NCBI GenBank assembly: GCA_963808235.1
Contig: CAWEEQ010000004.1
Span: forward strand, 2,976,001-3,040,000
Origin: an uncultured delta proteobacterium
GTDB lineage: Bacteria; Desulfobacterota; Binatia; Binatales; Binataceae
DNA: 64,000 bases
Direction: 5' to 3'
Below the pieces are notes generated by a model, which worked only from the letters and a program-made list of their open reading frames with translations, had not been told where the DNA came from and ran no database searches. How positions within the stretch are numbered: the first letter of the stretch is position 1; the number at the start of each line of letters is the position of its first letter. Shown here in pieces: positions 9,651 through 21,885 of this stretch. A program made the position numbers and the translations under genes.

Positions 9651-10454
9651 TCAGTGGTTAGCTTTCCTCTTCGGCCGAAACCACGCCCGCGCCTTTTCGA
9701 GATCCTCCACCGTCCCCACATCACTCCAGAACCCGCGCATATCCACCGCGCTCACGATGCGCCCGTCCGCGATCATCTTCGCGATCGCACCCGGCACCTC
9801 GATCTCTCCGCGCGAGGACTTCTCGAGCCTCGCAATGTAATCGAAAATCATCGGCCCCGCCGCGAACAGCCCCGCATTGTTCCACTCCGTCTTCGCGGTC
9901 CCTGCCTCCGGCTTTTCCTCGAGCCGCTCGACCTGCATATCCTTGCTCACGTAAACCGCCGCGCCGCGAAAAGGATCCTTCACCCGGTTCACTGCCAGCA
10001 GCAGGTCGTACTCATCCACGCGCGCATGATGCATAAACCGCGGATAGTTCGCGCGGTCCATCAAAATATCGCCCCACCCGAAAACAAACCGCGCCTCGCC
10101 GCCAAGATGCGTTTTCACCGCGAGCATCGCGCCGCCAGTCCCATTCAGTTCCGGCTGTCTGACCGTCGTAATTTTGATTCCCGGATTCTGTCGCGAATAA
10201 CTTTTCGCCCATTGTTCGATTTGTTCCGGCAAATAACCCGTCACCACGACGAAATTCGCCAGCCCAGCACCAACAAACGCATCGACGATATGCGCAATCA
10301 GCGGCGACCCAGCGATATCCAGGATGGGCTTGGGCGTATCGATAGTCGCATCGCCCAGGCGCTTCCCGCGTCCCGCCGCGAGCAGCACCGCCGTCGTGAT
10401 TTCAACCGCCACGCGGTCAAGGATAGCAGTTTGCCTAATGCACAGGATCGCCAC
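9651..10454 (-). CDS. Sugar-1-phosphate nucleotidyltransferase (NTP_transferase family); real start probably GTG at 10412
   Basis: AVLLAAGRGKRL..T..PKP, QPELNGTG, WGD, EEKP, WSDVG motifs. Confidence 0.88.
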   Translation of the reverse strand: MAILCIRQTAILDRVAVEITTAVLLAAGRGKRLGDATIDTPKPILDIAGSPLIAHIVDAFVGAGLANFVVVTGYLPEQIEQWAKSYSRQNPGIKITTVRQPELNGTGGAMLAVKTHLGGEARFVFGWGDILMDRANYPRFMHHARVDEYDLLLAVNRVKDPFRGAAVYVSKDMQVERLEEKPEAGTAKTEWNNAGLFAAGPMIFDYIARLEKSSRGEIEVPGAIAKMIADGRIVSAVDMRGFWSDVGTVEDLEKARAWFRPKRKANH

Positions 10455-10601
10455 AAAAGTTCAGGGATGAACTGTTCAGCCTGACGCGACGCAAAAATCC
10501 ATGGAATTCTGTCTCCGTGACGAATCCGCATGAAACCCCGGCTACCCACCCGGTCCCACTTAGAGCAGCGTGCGGAAAACAAGATTTTTTTCTCCCACCA
10601 G

Positions 10602-10632
10602 AGGAAGTGCGAAACCCACTATGGGTTTCGCA
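10602..10632 (+). repeat. Hairpin repeat family E (AGGAAGTGYGAAACCCAC-N3-GGGTTTCRCAT)
   Basis: Second copy at 60942-60973 with a compensatory C-G to T-A stem change; related reverse copies at 62271 and 62778. Confidence 0.7.
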
Positions 10633-10730
10633 TCCTGATCTTCCTGCCCTCTCCCTTAGCGCTTGGCTGACGGCATATACTTGGATATGAGTTGAACCAC
10701 AGCGCCCAAAAGCAAGTTGAAAAATACAAA

Positions 10731-11903
10731 ATGTTTGGTGAGATAAGTCCCCGCAAGAAAGCCCGTGCCCCCTTTATTTCCATCGAGGAAGCCCTTGAGG
10801 AAACTCGCCGCGGCCACATGATCATCATGATGGACGATGAGCAGCGCGAAAATGAAGGCGATCTCTGCATGGCGGCCGAAAAGGCCACCCCCGAAGCAAT
10901 CAACTTCATGGCCAGGTTCGGACGCGGACTCATCTGCCTCCCGATGTCCGCGGAGCGAATCGATCGCCTCGGACTCGGCATGATGGTCGGCGACAACCAG
11001 GCTCCGCTCGGCACCGCATTCACTACCGCAATCACCTCGCGCCGCGCGTCAGGCTCCGGTATCTCGGCGCAGGATCGTTCGATCACGATTCTGTCCGCCG
11101 TGCGCGAGGACGCCACCGGCGCCGAGTTCATCACTCCCGGCTACGTCTATCCGCTGCGCGCGCGCGAAGGCGGCGTGCTGGTCCGCACCGGCCAGACCGA
11201 AGGTGCGGTCGATCTCTCGCGGCTGGCCGGCCTCAAGCCAGCCGGCGTCATCTGCGAAATTCTGAAAGAAGACGGCACGATGGCGCGGCGCGACGATCTC
11301 GTCGAGTTCGCTCGAGTGCACGGACTAAAAATTATCACCGTCGCCGATATCATCGAGTACCGGCTTCGCAACGAGACGATGGTCCAACGCATAGCCGAGG
11401 CGAAACTGCCGACTGCGTTCGGCGAGTTCAGCGCGCTGGTTTATCGCAACCTCGTCGATTACACCGAGCATCTGGTCCTCGTGATGGGCAAGGTCGATCC
11501 GGCCAAGCCAATTCTGGTCCGCGCGCATCGCGAATACCTGCCCGGCGACGTGTTCGGCTACACCACCCGTAACACCCGCAGCCTGCTGCGCTCCGCGATG
11601 GAACGAATCGCGGCCGCCGGCGAAGGCGTGCTGCTCTACTTGAAGCGCGAGTCCAATGCGATCGCCGCGGAGCTCGACGGCGGACGTAAACCTGGCCGCG
11701 CAAGCACGGGCCACAACACCCCCGAGGCCGATTTCCGCGACTACGGAATCGGCGCGCAGATCCTCCGCGACGTCGGCGTGCGCAAAATGATCATCATGTC
11801 CGACGCGACCCCGCGCCTCGCCAACCTGCCCGGCTACGGACTCGAGATCGTCGGTTCAGTCCCGCTATCGACCAACGGCAAGCACAGCGCCGCCGCAAAA
11901 TAG
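10731..11903 (+). CDS. ribB: 3,4-dihydroxy-2-butanone-4-phosphate synthase fused to a degenerate GTP cyclohydrolase II domain (RibBX-like)
   Basis: DDEQRENEGD, GLICLP, TAFT, GISAQDR, GVICEI; C-terminal domain RAHREYLPGDVFG lacks the Zn cysteines; ATG at 10731 preferred over TTG at 10692. Confidence 0.88.
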   Translation: MFGEISPRKKARAPFISIEEALEETRRGHMIIMMDDEQRENEGDLCMAAEKATPEAINFMARFGRGLICLPMSAERIDRLGLGMMVGDNQAPLGTAFTTAITSRRASGSGISAQDRSITILSAVREDATGAEFITPGYVYPLRAREGGVLVRTGQTEGAVDLSRLAGLKPAGVICEILKEDGTMARRDDLVEFARVHGLKIITVADIIEYRLRNETMVQRIAEAKLPTAFGEFSALVYRNLVDYTEHLVLVMGKVDPAKPILVRAHREYLPGDVFGYTTRNTRSLLRSAMERIAAAGEGVLLYLKRESNAIAAELDGGRKPGRASTGHNTPEADFRDYGIGAQILRDVGVRKMIIMSDATPRLANLPGYGLEIVGSVPLSTNGKHSAAAK

Positions 11904-11943
11904 ATGCTCACGTTACACGTTAAAGTGGAACCGGAGCCGCCGC

Positions 11944-11988
11944 GACGTTGTTTTGATTACTGAACAGACGTTGTTTTGATTACTGAAC
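11944..11988 (+). repeat. Perfect 22-bp tandem direct repeat GACGTTGTTTTGATTACTGAAC x2 just upstream of dsbD
   Basis: 11944-11965 and 11967-11988 are identical. Confidence 0.9.
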
Positions 11989-11990
11989 CA

Positions 11991-13802
11991 ATGATCTTTT
12001 CCGAATCCCGCACTTTGCCGCACCGGAAAGCTCGCCTCCTTCGGGCCGCGCTGATGTCGCTGGCGCTCGCTGGATTGATTTTCGCTCCGGTCGCAAGCGC
12101 GCAGACTCCCAAGGCAAATGAACTCGTAAAAATCACCTCCGCAAAAATCGACCCGCCACTTCACGCCGGCAGTGCAACCACTCTGAAAGTCGCCGCCCAG
12201 GTCGTCGCCGGATGGCATATCAACTCGAACAAGCCCTTCAGCGAGGATTACATCCCGACCAAGCTCGAGGTGAAAGGTCCCGTCAGCATCGCGCCCGGCG
12301 CGATTAAGTATCCGCCTGCAGAAACGATGACGCTCGAGTTCGCGGCCGGCGACAAGCTCTCCGTCTTCGGCGGCGACATCAACTTCGAAGTGCCGCTCAA
12401 AGCCGCCGCCGATTTCGCGCCCAAGCCGGGCGACGCGCTCACCGTCACCATCGATTACCAGGGATGCAACAACACCGAATGCCTGCGGCCGGCGTCAGTG
12501 AGCACCACCATACCGCTCGCAACCTCACCCGCTAACGCATCGGAAGGTTTGCAGGCAATCGGCGCGCTCGCATCGGCAGGCGAAATCGGCGGCAACGGTC
12601 GGCAAGGCGGCGCGATCGACGGAATTTTCAAAAATCACGGATGGTTGCTCGGTTTCCTCGCCGTATTTCTCGGCGGCCTCGCGCTGAATCTCACCCCCTG
12701 CGTCTATCCGCTGATCGGAGTGACGATCGCATACTTCGGCAACCAGAGCGGGAGCCATCGTCGCGTGATGACGCTGGCGATCTTTTTCGTACTCGGAATC
12801 GCGATCACCTTCTCGTCGGTCGGCGTCGCGGCCGCTTTGTCTGGCGGACTGTTCGGCGCTGCGATGCAGAATCGATTCGTCCTGATTGCGCTTGCCGCGA
12901 TGCTCCTGGTGCTGGCCGCGTCGAGCTTCGGCTTGTTCGTCCTGAACCCTCCGCAATGGCTGCTGCAACGGGCGGGCGCCGCGCATCCCGGCAATGCGGG
13001 CGCGCTCGCGATGGGCCTCGGGATGGGCGTGGTCGCGGCGCCATGTATCGGGCCAATCGTGCTGGGCTTGCTCCTGATGGTCGAGCGGAGCGGTAGCGCG
13101 ATTTTCGGCTTCGCGCTGTTCTTCACTCTCGCGCTCGGACTCGGCCTGCCGTATATCGCACTCGCGATGGCGGCCGGGCACATCCGCCGGATGCCGCGCT
13201 CGGGCGAATGGCTCACGTGGGTCGAGCAGCTTTTCGGTTTCGTGCTGGTCGGCCTCGCACTCTATTTTCTCGATCCGGTCTTTCCTAACAACCTGATGAC
13301 ACGCATCCTGCCCTACTACGCCGCCGGCGTCGGAATCTTTCTCGGTTTCGTCACGCCCGAGGGCAGAAACTGGCGGCCGTTCCTGGTGCTCAGATCGGGT
13401 CTGGGGATCGTCGCGGTAATCGCGCTCGGATTCCTGCTCTACCAGCGCCAGGCGTCGCAGCCGCTTCGATTCGAACCGTTCACCTCCGAGATGCTCGCGT
13501 CGGCGGCCGAACAGCGCAAGCCCGTGCTGATCGATTTCAGCGCGGAATGGTGTATCCCATGCCGCGAGATGGAGCATTCGACCTTCATCGATCCCTCAGT
13601 CGTCACCGAGTCGAAACGATTCGTGCTGATGAAGGCCAATCTGACCGCGCAGGATAAGCGCACCGAAGAGCTGACCAGCAAGTACGAAATCCAGGGCGTG
13701 CCAACCACGATGCTTATCGATTCTGCGGGCAAGGTTAGGGAACGCAAGGTCGGTTACATCGGCCCGCGCGAGTTCCTGTCCGACCTCCGCAACGTCGACT
13801 GA
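11991..13802 (+). CDS. dsbD: Thiol:disulfide interchange protein DsbD
   Basis: Signal peptide; alpha domain GWHI..YQGCNNTEC; TM domain LTPCVYP and AAPCIGP; thioredoxin domain DFSAEWCIPC and GVPT; exact start uncertain (11976/11991). Confidence 0.93.
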   Translation: MIFSESRTLPHRKARLLRAALMSLALAGLIFAPVASAQTPKANELVKITSAKIDPPLHAGSATTLKVAAQVVAGWHINSNKPFSEDYIPTKLEVKGPVSIAPGAIKYPPAETMTLEFAAGDKLSVFGGDINFEVPLKAAADFAPKPGDALTVTIDYQGCNNTECLRPASVSTTIPLATSPANASEGLQAIGALASAGEIGGNGRQGGAIDGIFKNHGWLLGFLAVFLGGLALNLTPCVYPLIGVTIAYFGNQSGSHRRVMTLAIFFVLGIAITFSSVGVAAALSGGLFGAAMQNRFVLIALAAMLLVLAASSFGLFVLNPPQWLLQRAGAAHPGNAGALAMGLGMGVVAAPCIGPIVLGLLLMVERSGSAIFGFALFFTLALGLGLPYIALAMAAGHIRRMPRSGEWLTWVEQLFGFVLVGLALYFLDPVFPNNLMTRILPYYAAGVGIFLGFVTPEGRNWRPFLVLRSGLGIVAVIALGFLLYQRQASQPLRFEPFTSEMLASAAEQRKPVLIDFSAEWCIPCREMEHSTFIDPSVVTESKRFVLMKANLTAQDKRTEELTSKYEIQGVPTTMLIDSAGKVRERKVGYIGPREFLSDLRNVD

Positions 13803-13810
13803 GGTATGCG

Positions 13811-14503
13811 ATGACTACACCGAGCGACGGATTCGTGCGCGAGATTTTCGCGATGGTCAAAGAGCGGCGCTCTTTCGGACGGCATCCGATCTGGCTGCAG
13901 ATTCGCGACGGCAAGGTCTCGCAGGCCGGGCTCTGCAACTTCGCGACCCAGTTCTTCCTCCAGGTGCGCGAATTTCCACGCGCTCTCAGCGCGCTGCATT
14001 CGCGATGCTTCAATGCCGACGAACGCGTGAAGCTGGCGGAGAGCCTGTACGAGGAAGAGACCGGAAAGATTTCCGGCAGCGCGCCGCATCCCGAGCTCTT
14101 CATCCGGCTCGGTCTCGGACTCGGCCTCAGCCGCGACGACATGGTTCACGGCAAGGCGCTGCCCTCCACGGCGGCGCTGATCGATTGGTTCGAGCTCTCG
14201 ACCAAGGATCGCTCATTCGCGGAGGGAATCGGCGCGATCAACATCGCCGCCGAAGGCCAGGTGCCGGGCAACTTCGCGCCGTTCGCGCGCGGTCTCGAAA
14301 AACATTACGGACTCTCGCGCGAGCAGGTCGCGTTTTTCGACGTGCATGAAATCGCCGACCGCGACCACAGCGACGTCGGCGACAATATCTTGAGCCAAAC
14401 TCCGATGAGCGAAATTGAACGCGCGAAAGTGTGGGCCGCAGTCGAGCGCTCACTCGACATGTGGTGGCAATTCTTCGACGGAATTCAGCGCGTCTGCGAT
14501 TGA
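13811..14503 (+). CDS. Heme-oxygenase-like diiron enzyme (TenA/PqqC/CADD family)
   Basis: LSALHSRC, EEE..H, E(GQ)VP, H-x3-D-x2-H metal-ligand pattern as in CADD. Confidence 0.85.
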   Translation: MTTPSDGFVREIFAMVKERRSFGRHPIWLQIRDGKVSQAGLCNFATQFFLQVREFPRALSALHSRCFNADERVKLAESLYEEETGKISGSAPHPELFIRLGLGLGLSRDDMVHGKALPSTAALIDWFELSTKDRSFAEGIGAINIAAEGQVPGNFAPFARGLEKHYGLSREQVAFFDVHEIADRDHSDVGDNILSQTPMSEIERAKVWAAVERSLDMWWQFFDGIQRVCD

Positions 14504-14598
14504 AAAGCGAAAATTCCGGGTCGGTCAGGCAAGCCATTTTCGTTTCCATCTTTTCGCGAAATTCTTTGGCGCGCCGGGGGCCCTTTTTGGAGAGGATC

Positions 14599-17272
<2,674 letters not shown>

Positions 17273-17344
17273 CGCGCGGCCGATGAAGCGCGGCAAACAT
17301 TCTGAAATCATACGCGCCGCGTGGCGCGCGCAGGTTTAGCGTAA

Positions 17345-19888
17345 ATGGCTGAGACCAACGGGAACACTCCGCTTCATAACGAACCCACGCTCCTGAATAT
17401 CGAAGACGACATGCGGCAGTCCTACCTGGACTACGCGATGTCGGTAAATATCGGGCGCGCGCTGCCGCAAATTCGCGACGGCCTGAAACCGGTGCATCGG
17501 CGGATTCTCTACGCGATGTTCCGCGAAGGGTTGCTCGCGAACCGGCGCTATTCGAAATGCGCTGGCGTCGTGGGCGAGGTCCTCAAGCGCTACCATCCGC
17601 ACGGCGACATGTCGGTGTACGACGCGCTGGTTCGGATGGCGCAGCCGTTTTCATTGCGTTACCCGCTGGTCGACGGGCAAGGAAATTTCGGCTCCGTCGA
17701 TGGCGACCCGCCCGCCGCTTATCGTTACACCGAGTGCAAATTGACGCGGCTGGCGGAGCGGATGCTCGCCGATATCGACAAGGACACCGTCGATTTCGTC
17801 CCGAACTACGACGGACAGCACACGGAGCCCGAGATCCTGCCCTCGCAGATACCGAATCTTTTGATCAACGGCTCGGACGGAATCGCAGTTGGGATGGCGA
17901 CCAATATTCCGCCGCACAACCTCGGCGAGATTTGCGACGCCCTGCTCGCGCTCATCAACAAGCCGGGTATCACGCACGAAGAAATCCTCGACATCGTGCC
18001 GGGTCCCGACTTTCCGACCGGCGCGCAGTTGCTCGGCAAGCAGGCGATTCGCAACGCGTACCTGACCGGCCGCGGCACGCTAACGATGCGTGCGTTGGCG
18101 GCGATCGAAACCGACAAGCGCAGTTCGCGCGCGTCGATCATCGTCCGCGAAATTCCGTACCAGGTGAACAAGGCGCGGATGATCGAGCGGATGGCCGAGC
18201 TGGTCAACGAAAAGCGAATAGAAGGAATCAGCGACCTGCGCGACGAATCGGATCGCGACGGGATGCGGATCGTAATCGAGCTCAAGCGCGATGCCGAGCC
18301 CCGGATCGTGCTGAACCAGCTCTACAAGCTGACCCAGATGCAGCAGGGTTACGGGATCATCTTACTGGGCATCCACGAGGGGCGGCCCAAGGAAATGAAT
18401 CTGCTGCAGATGCTCGACGCGTTCCTCGAGCATCGCAAAATAGTCATCACGCGGCGCACGCGCTTCGAGTTGAAGGAAGCCGAGGCGCGGCGTCACATCC
18501 TGGACGGGCTCTTGATCGCGCTCAAAAACCTCGACGCGGTGATCAAGCTGATTCGCGGATCGAAGGACGCCGAGACTGCACGCGGCGGCCTGATGAAGCA
18601 ATTCGGGCTCTCGCAGTTGCAGGCGCAGGCGATCCTCGATCTCACGCTGCGCCGGCTTACCTCGCTGGAGCGCGAGAAGATCGAAACCGAGCACAAGGAA
18701 ACCGTCGAGCTGATCGCGCGGCTCAAGAAAATTCTCGCCGACGAAAAGGAACTGCTCAAGATAATCGCCAAAGAACTCGAAGAGATCAAAAAGGAATTCG
18801 CGGATCCTCGTCGCACCCAGATAATCGAGGCCGAGGGCGAGTTCTCGATCGAAGATCTTATCGTCGAAGAGGACCAGCTCGTCACCGTCACTCACGGCGG
18901 CTATATCAAGCGCACTCCGCTCTCGCTGTATCGCACGCAAAAGCGCGGCGGGCGCGGAAAAATCGGCGCGACCACAACCGAAGAAGACTTCGTCGAGCAC
19001 CTCGAGCGCGTCTCGACGCACGACCGCCTGATGTTCTTCACCAGCGCGGGAAAAGTTTACGAGCTGAAGGCCTACGAACTGCCCGAGGGCGGGCGCGCGG
19101 CCAAAGGGCGCTCGATCGCGAACCTGCTGAGCCTCGCGAACGACGAGACGCTGTCCGCATTCATCCCGGTGCCACGCGACACCGCCAGCAAATTCGTCTT
19201 TTTCTCGACTCGTCGCGGACGGGTGAAGAAAACCGCGCTCGACGAGTACGAAAATATTCGCTCGACCGGAATCATCGCGATCAACCTTGAAGACGGAGAC
19301 ACGCTCGTCGACGTACGAATCACCGACGGCAATCAACAGATCGTGCTCTCGACGCGCGAGGGGCAGGCGATTCGCTTCAAGGAAGAAGAGGCGCGCCCGA
19401 TGGGCCGCGCGACTGGCGGCGTGGTCGGCATGGAACTCGAGTCGCAGCCGATCAAAGAAGGAAAGACCGTCACCCTGGTCGAGGACGAAGTCGTCTCGAT
19501 GTCCACGGTGCGCGACGACGAAACGCTGCTCACGGTTTCGGAGCTCGGCTACGGCAAACGCACGCCCGCTTCGGATTACAGATTGACGCATCGCGGCGGC
19601 AAGGGGGTCATCACGATGAACGTCACCGACAAAACGGGCAAAGTAATCAGCGTCCGGCAGGTCGGAATCGACGATCAGATGATGCTGATAACCGACGGCG
19701 GCAAAGTGATCAGGCTCGCGGTCAAGGGCGTGCGCATCACCGGCCGCAACGCGCAGGGCGTGCACATGGTGAGGCTCGAGGGCAACGAGCGCGTGCGCGC
19801 GGTCGCCGGCATGGCCGAGCGCGACGACGAAGACGCCAACGGCAACGGATCAAATGGTGACGGCGGCGCAGACGATTCTGACGAATAG
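17345..19888 (+). CDS. gyrA: DNA gyrase subunit A
   Basis: [30 protein letters not shown], GyrA-box QKRGGRG, C-terminal beta-pinwheel repeats. Confidence 0.98.
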   Translation: MAETNGNTPLHNEPTLLNIEDDMRQSYLDYAMSVNIGRALPQIRDGLKPVHRRILYAMFREGLLANRRYSKCAGVVGEVLKRYHPHGDMSVYDALVRMAQPFSLRYPLVDGQGNFGSVDGDPPAAYRYTECKLTRLAERMLADIDKDTVDFVPNYDGQHTEPEILPSQIPNLLINGSDGIAVGMATNIPPHNLGEICDALLALINKPGITHEEILDIVPGPDFPTGAQLLGKQAIRNAYLTGRGTLTMRALAAIETDKRSSRASIIVREIPYQVNKARMIERMAELVNEKRIEGISDLRDESDRDGMRIVIELKRDAEPRIVLNQLYKLTQMQQGYGIILLGIHEGRPKEMNLLQMLDAFLEHRKIVITRRTRFELKEAEARRHILDGLLIALKNLDAVIKLIRGSKDAETARGGLMKQFGLSQLQAQAILDLTLRRLTSLEREKIETEHKETVELIARLKKILADEKELLKIIAKELEEIKKEFADPRRTQIIEAEGEFSIEDLIVEEDQLVTVTHGGYIKRTPLSLYRTQKRGGRGKIGATTTEEDFVEHLERVSTHDRLMFFTSAGKVYELKAYELPEGGRAAKGRSIANLLSLANDETLSAFIPVPRDTASKFVFFSTRRGRVKKTALDEYENIRSTGIIAINLEDGDTLVDVRITDGNQQIVLSTREGQAIRFKEEEARPMGRATGGVVGMELESQPIKEGKTVTLVEDEVVSMSTVRDDETLLTVSELGYGKRTPASDYRLTHRGGKGVITMNVTDKTGKVISVRQVGIDDQMMLITDGGKVIRLAVKGVRITGRNAQGVHMVRLEGNERVRAVAGMAERDDEDANGNGSNGDGGADDSDE

Positions 19889-19921
19889 CTAATGGAGTGA
19901 CTATCTCAGATTAGTGACTAA

Positions 19922-20530
19922 CTATGCCTGCGCGCTCGGGCGCGACGACACTGCGCGATACCATCGGGCGAGATTTTTCTGTAACGGTTGAATCCGAATA
20001 TCCACGCTTCGCGCAAAGTCGATCATACATAGCGTCGTGATGTCGGCGATCGAGAACCGGTCGCCGGCGATGAATTCGCGATTCTCGAGATCCTCGTCCA
20101 GCCACGCGATTCGGTCGATTGCTGTGCGCTTCTGAATCTCGCCGAATTCCGCTATTCGGCGGCCACGTCCTTTCGCGACTTCGCTCAGGTGCGACCAGAC
20201 GTGGCCGACCGGCGCGAATATTTCGAGCTCGATTCTCCGGTTCCACATCTCGACCAAAGCCCGCTCGCGCGCGCCGACGCCGAACAGCGGAGGCTCTGGT
20301 TGCAGTTCCTCGAAGTAGCGGCAGATCGCGACGCTTTCCGCGAGGCAACTGCCGTCGTCGAGTTCCAATATCGGAAGCGAGCCCGACGGATTCTTTTTGT
20401 AGAACTCGGGCGTGCGATTCGCGTTCTTCATGATGTCCACTTGCACCAGTGGAACCGCGATTCCCTTCTCCGCGAGGAAGATTCTCACTCGGCGCGGGCT
20501 CGGCGCGAGCGTAAAGTCATACATCTTCAT
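19922..20530 (-). CDS. Glutathione S-transferase family protein
   Basis: APSPRRVRIFLAEKG, NPSGSLPIL, ESVAICRY, FSIADIT. Confidence 0.92.
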   Translation of the reverse strand: MKMYDFTLAPSPRRVRIFLAEKGIAVPLVQVDIMKNANRTPEFYKKNPSGSLPILELDDGSCLAESVAICRYFEELQPEPPLFGVGARERALVEMWNRRIELEIFAPVGHVWSHLSEVAKGRGRRIAEFGEIQKRTAIDRIAWLDEDLENREFIAGDRFSIADITTLCMIDFARSVDIRIQPLQKNLARWYRAVSSRPSAQA

Positions 20531-20539
20531 CGGAGTTTT

Positions 20540-21799
20540 CTAGTCGCCGGTCGGCGGTTCGCCGGCGCCGAGACCCTCTGCTACGTACGCGGCGTCGGCC
20601 GCTGCGAGTGCGCGACCGCGAGCAATCTCGAAGCCCATCGAGCTTAAGATTTCTTCGAGTGCGTTCAGAACCAGCATCACGTTTTCACTGTGCGAGCCTT
20701 CACCCATCAGTCCGATCCGCCAAATTTTGCCCTTCAGTGGCCCGAGCCCGGCAGCGATCTCGATATTGAACAGCCTGAGCAACTCCGCGCGGACCTTCGC
20801 CTCGTCGATTCCTTCCGGCACCGCGATCGTCGTGAGTTGCGGCAACCTGTAGCCCTCCTGCGCTGCGAGTTGCAGGCCCATCGCGCGCATTCCGGCTTGC
20901 AGAGCCGCCGCGTTGGCGCGATGCCGTGCCCAGCGTGTCTCCAATCCTTCTTCGACGACGATCCTGAGCGCCTCATAGAGCGCATAGTTCATCGTGATCG
21001 GAGCGGTGTGATGGTACAGGCGGTCCGGTCCCCAGTACTGCTCGATGAGTGCGACGTCGAAATACCACGATCGGCATTTGGTCTTGCGCTTTCGAATCGA
21101 ATCCATCGCGGATGCGCTAAACGTCACCGGTGACAGTCCCGGCGGCGCGCCGATTCCCTTTTGCGTGCAGCTGTAGCACGCGTCGATTTTCCATTTGTCG
21201 ATCTCGACCGGCACGCAACCGAGCGAGGTTACCGCGTCAATCGCCATCATCGCACCGTGGCGATGCGCCAACTCGGATATTTCCTCGATTGGCTGATGTA
21301 TCCCGGTCGACGTCTCCGCGTGAACAATCGCGACCAGCTTCGGTTTCTTCGCCGCCTTGAGCGCCGCCGCGATCTGCGACGGTTCGATGATCTGTCCCCA
21401 TTGCGCTTCGACCTTGTGAACCTTGGCGCCCTGGCGTTCGGCGACTTCCGCCAGACGCGTTCCGAACGCGCCGTTAACGCCAACCACCACTTCGTCGCCT
21501 GCTTCGATCAGGTTCGCCATCACGGTTTCCATACCCGCGGATCCAGTGCCGGAAACCGGAAAAGTGATTTCGTTTTGAGTGCGAAAAACGACGCGAAGCA
21601 ATCGCTTGATACCGTCCATCACTTTCATGAAGTCGGGATCGAGGTGGCCGACCACGGGCGACGCCATCGCTTTCATCACGCGCGGATGGACGTTTGAAGG
21701 GCCGGGGCCGAGCAGAATGCGTGCCGCGGGTCTGAGTTCCGGAAATGTATCCGCCAAATTTATTCCCCTACGATTAGTGTTATCGACGAACCTTGGCAT
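20540..21799 (-). CDS. Alanine/serine-glyoxylate aminotransferase (class V PLP)
   Basis: LLGPGPSN, SGTGSAGME, HAETSTG, DAVTSLG, SCTQKG, YHHT, IWRIGLMG. Confidence 0.93.
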   Translation of the reverse strand: MPRFVDNTNRRGINLADTFPELRPAARILLGPGPSNVHPRVMKAMASPVVGHLDPDFMKVMDGIKRLLRVVFRTQNEITFPVSGTGSAGMETVMANLIEAGDEVVVGVNGAFGTRLAEVAERQGAKVHKVEAQWGQIIEPSQIAAALKAAKKPKLVAIVHAETSTGIHQPIEEISELAHRHGAMMAIDAVTSLGCVPVEIDKWKIDACYSCTQKGIGAPPGLSPVTFSASAMDSIRKRKTKCRSWYFDVALIEQYWGPDRLYHHTAPITMNYALYEALRIVVEEGLETRWARHRANAAALQAGMRAMGLQLAAQEGYRLPQLTTIAVPEGIDEAKVRAELLRLFNIEIAAGLGPLKGKIWRIGLMGEGSHSENVMLVLNALEEILSSMGFEIARGRALAAADAAYVAEGLGAGEPPTGD

Positions 21800-21885
21800 T
21801 ATGACGGGATCGATCGCAAAAGCATAAAGCGCGCGCCCTGGCCCTGATGATGGTAGAGTTCTGCATGCGTGGACGCTCGGTCACG

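Noticed and set aside
10455-10730. FMN riboswitch upstream of ribB
   Set aside because: Conserved RFN motifs are not seen; the hairpin present is repeat family E.
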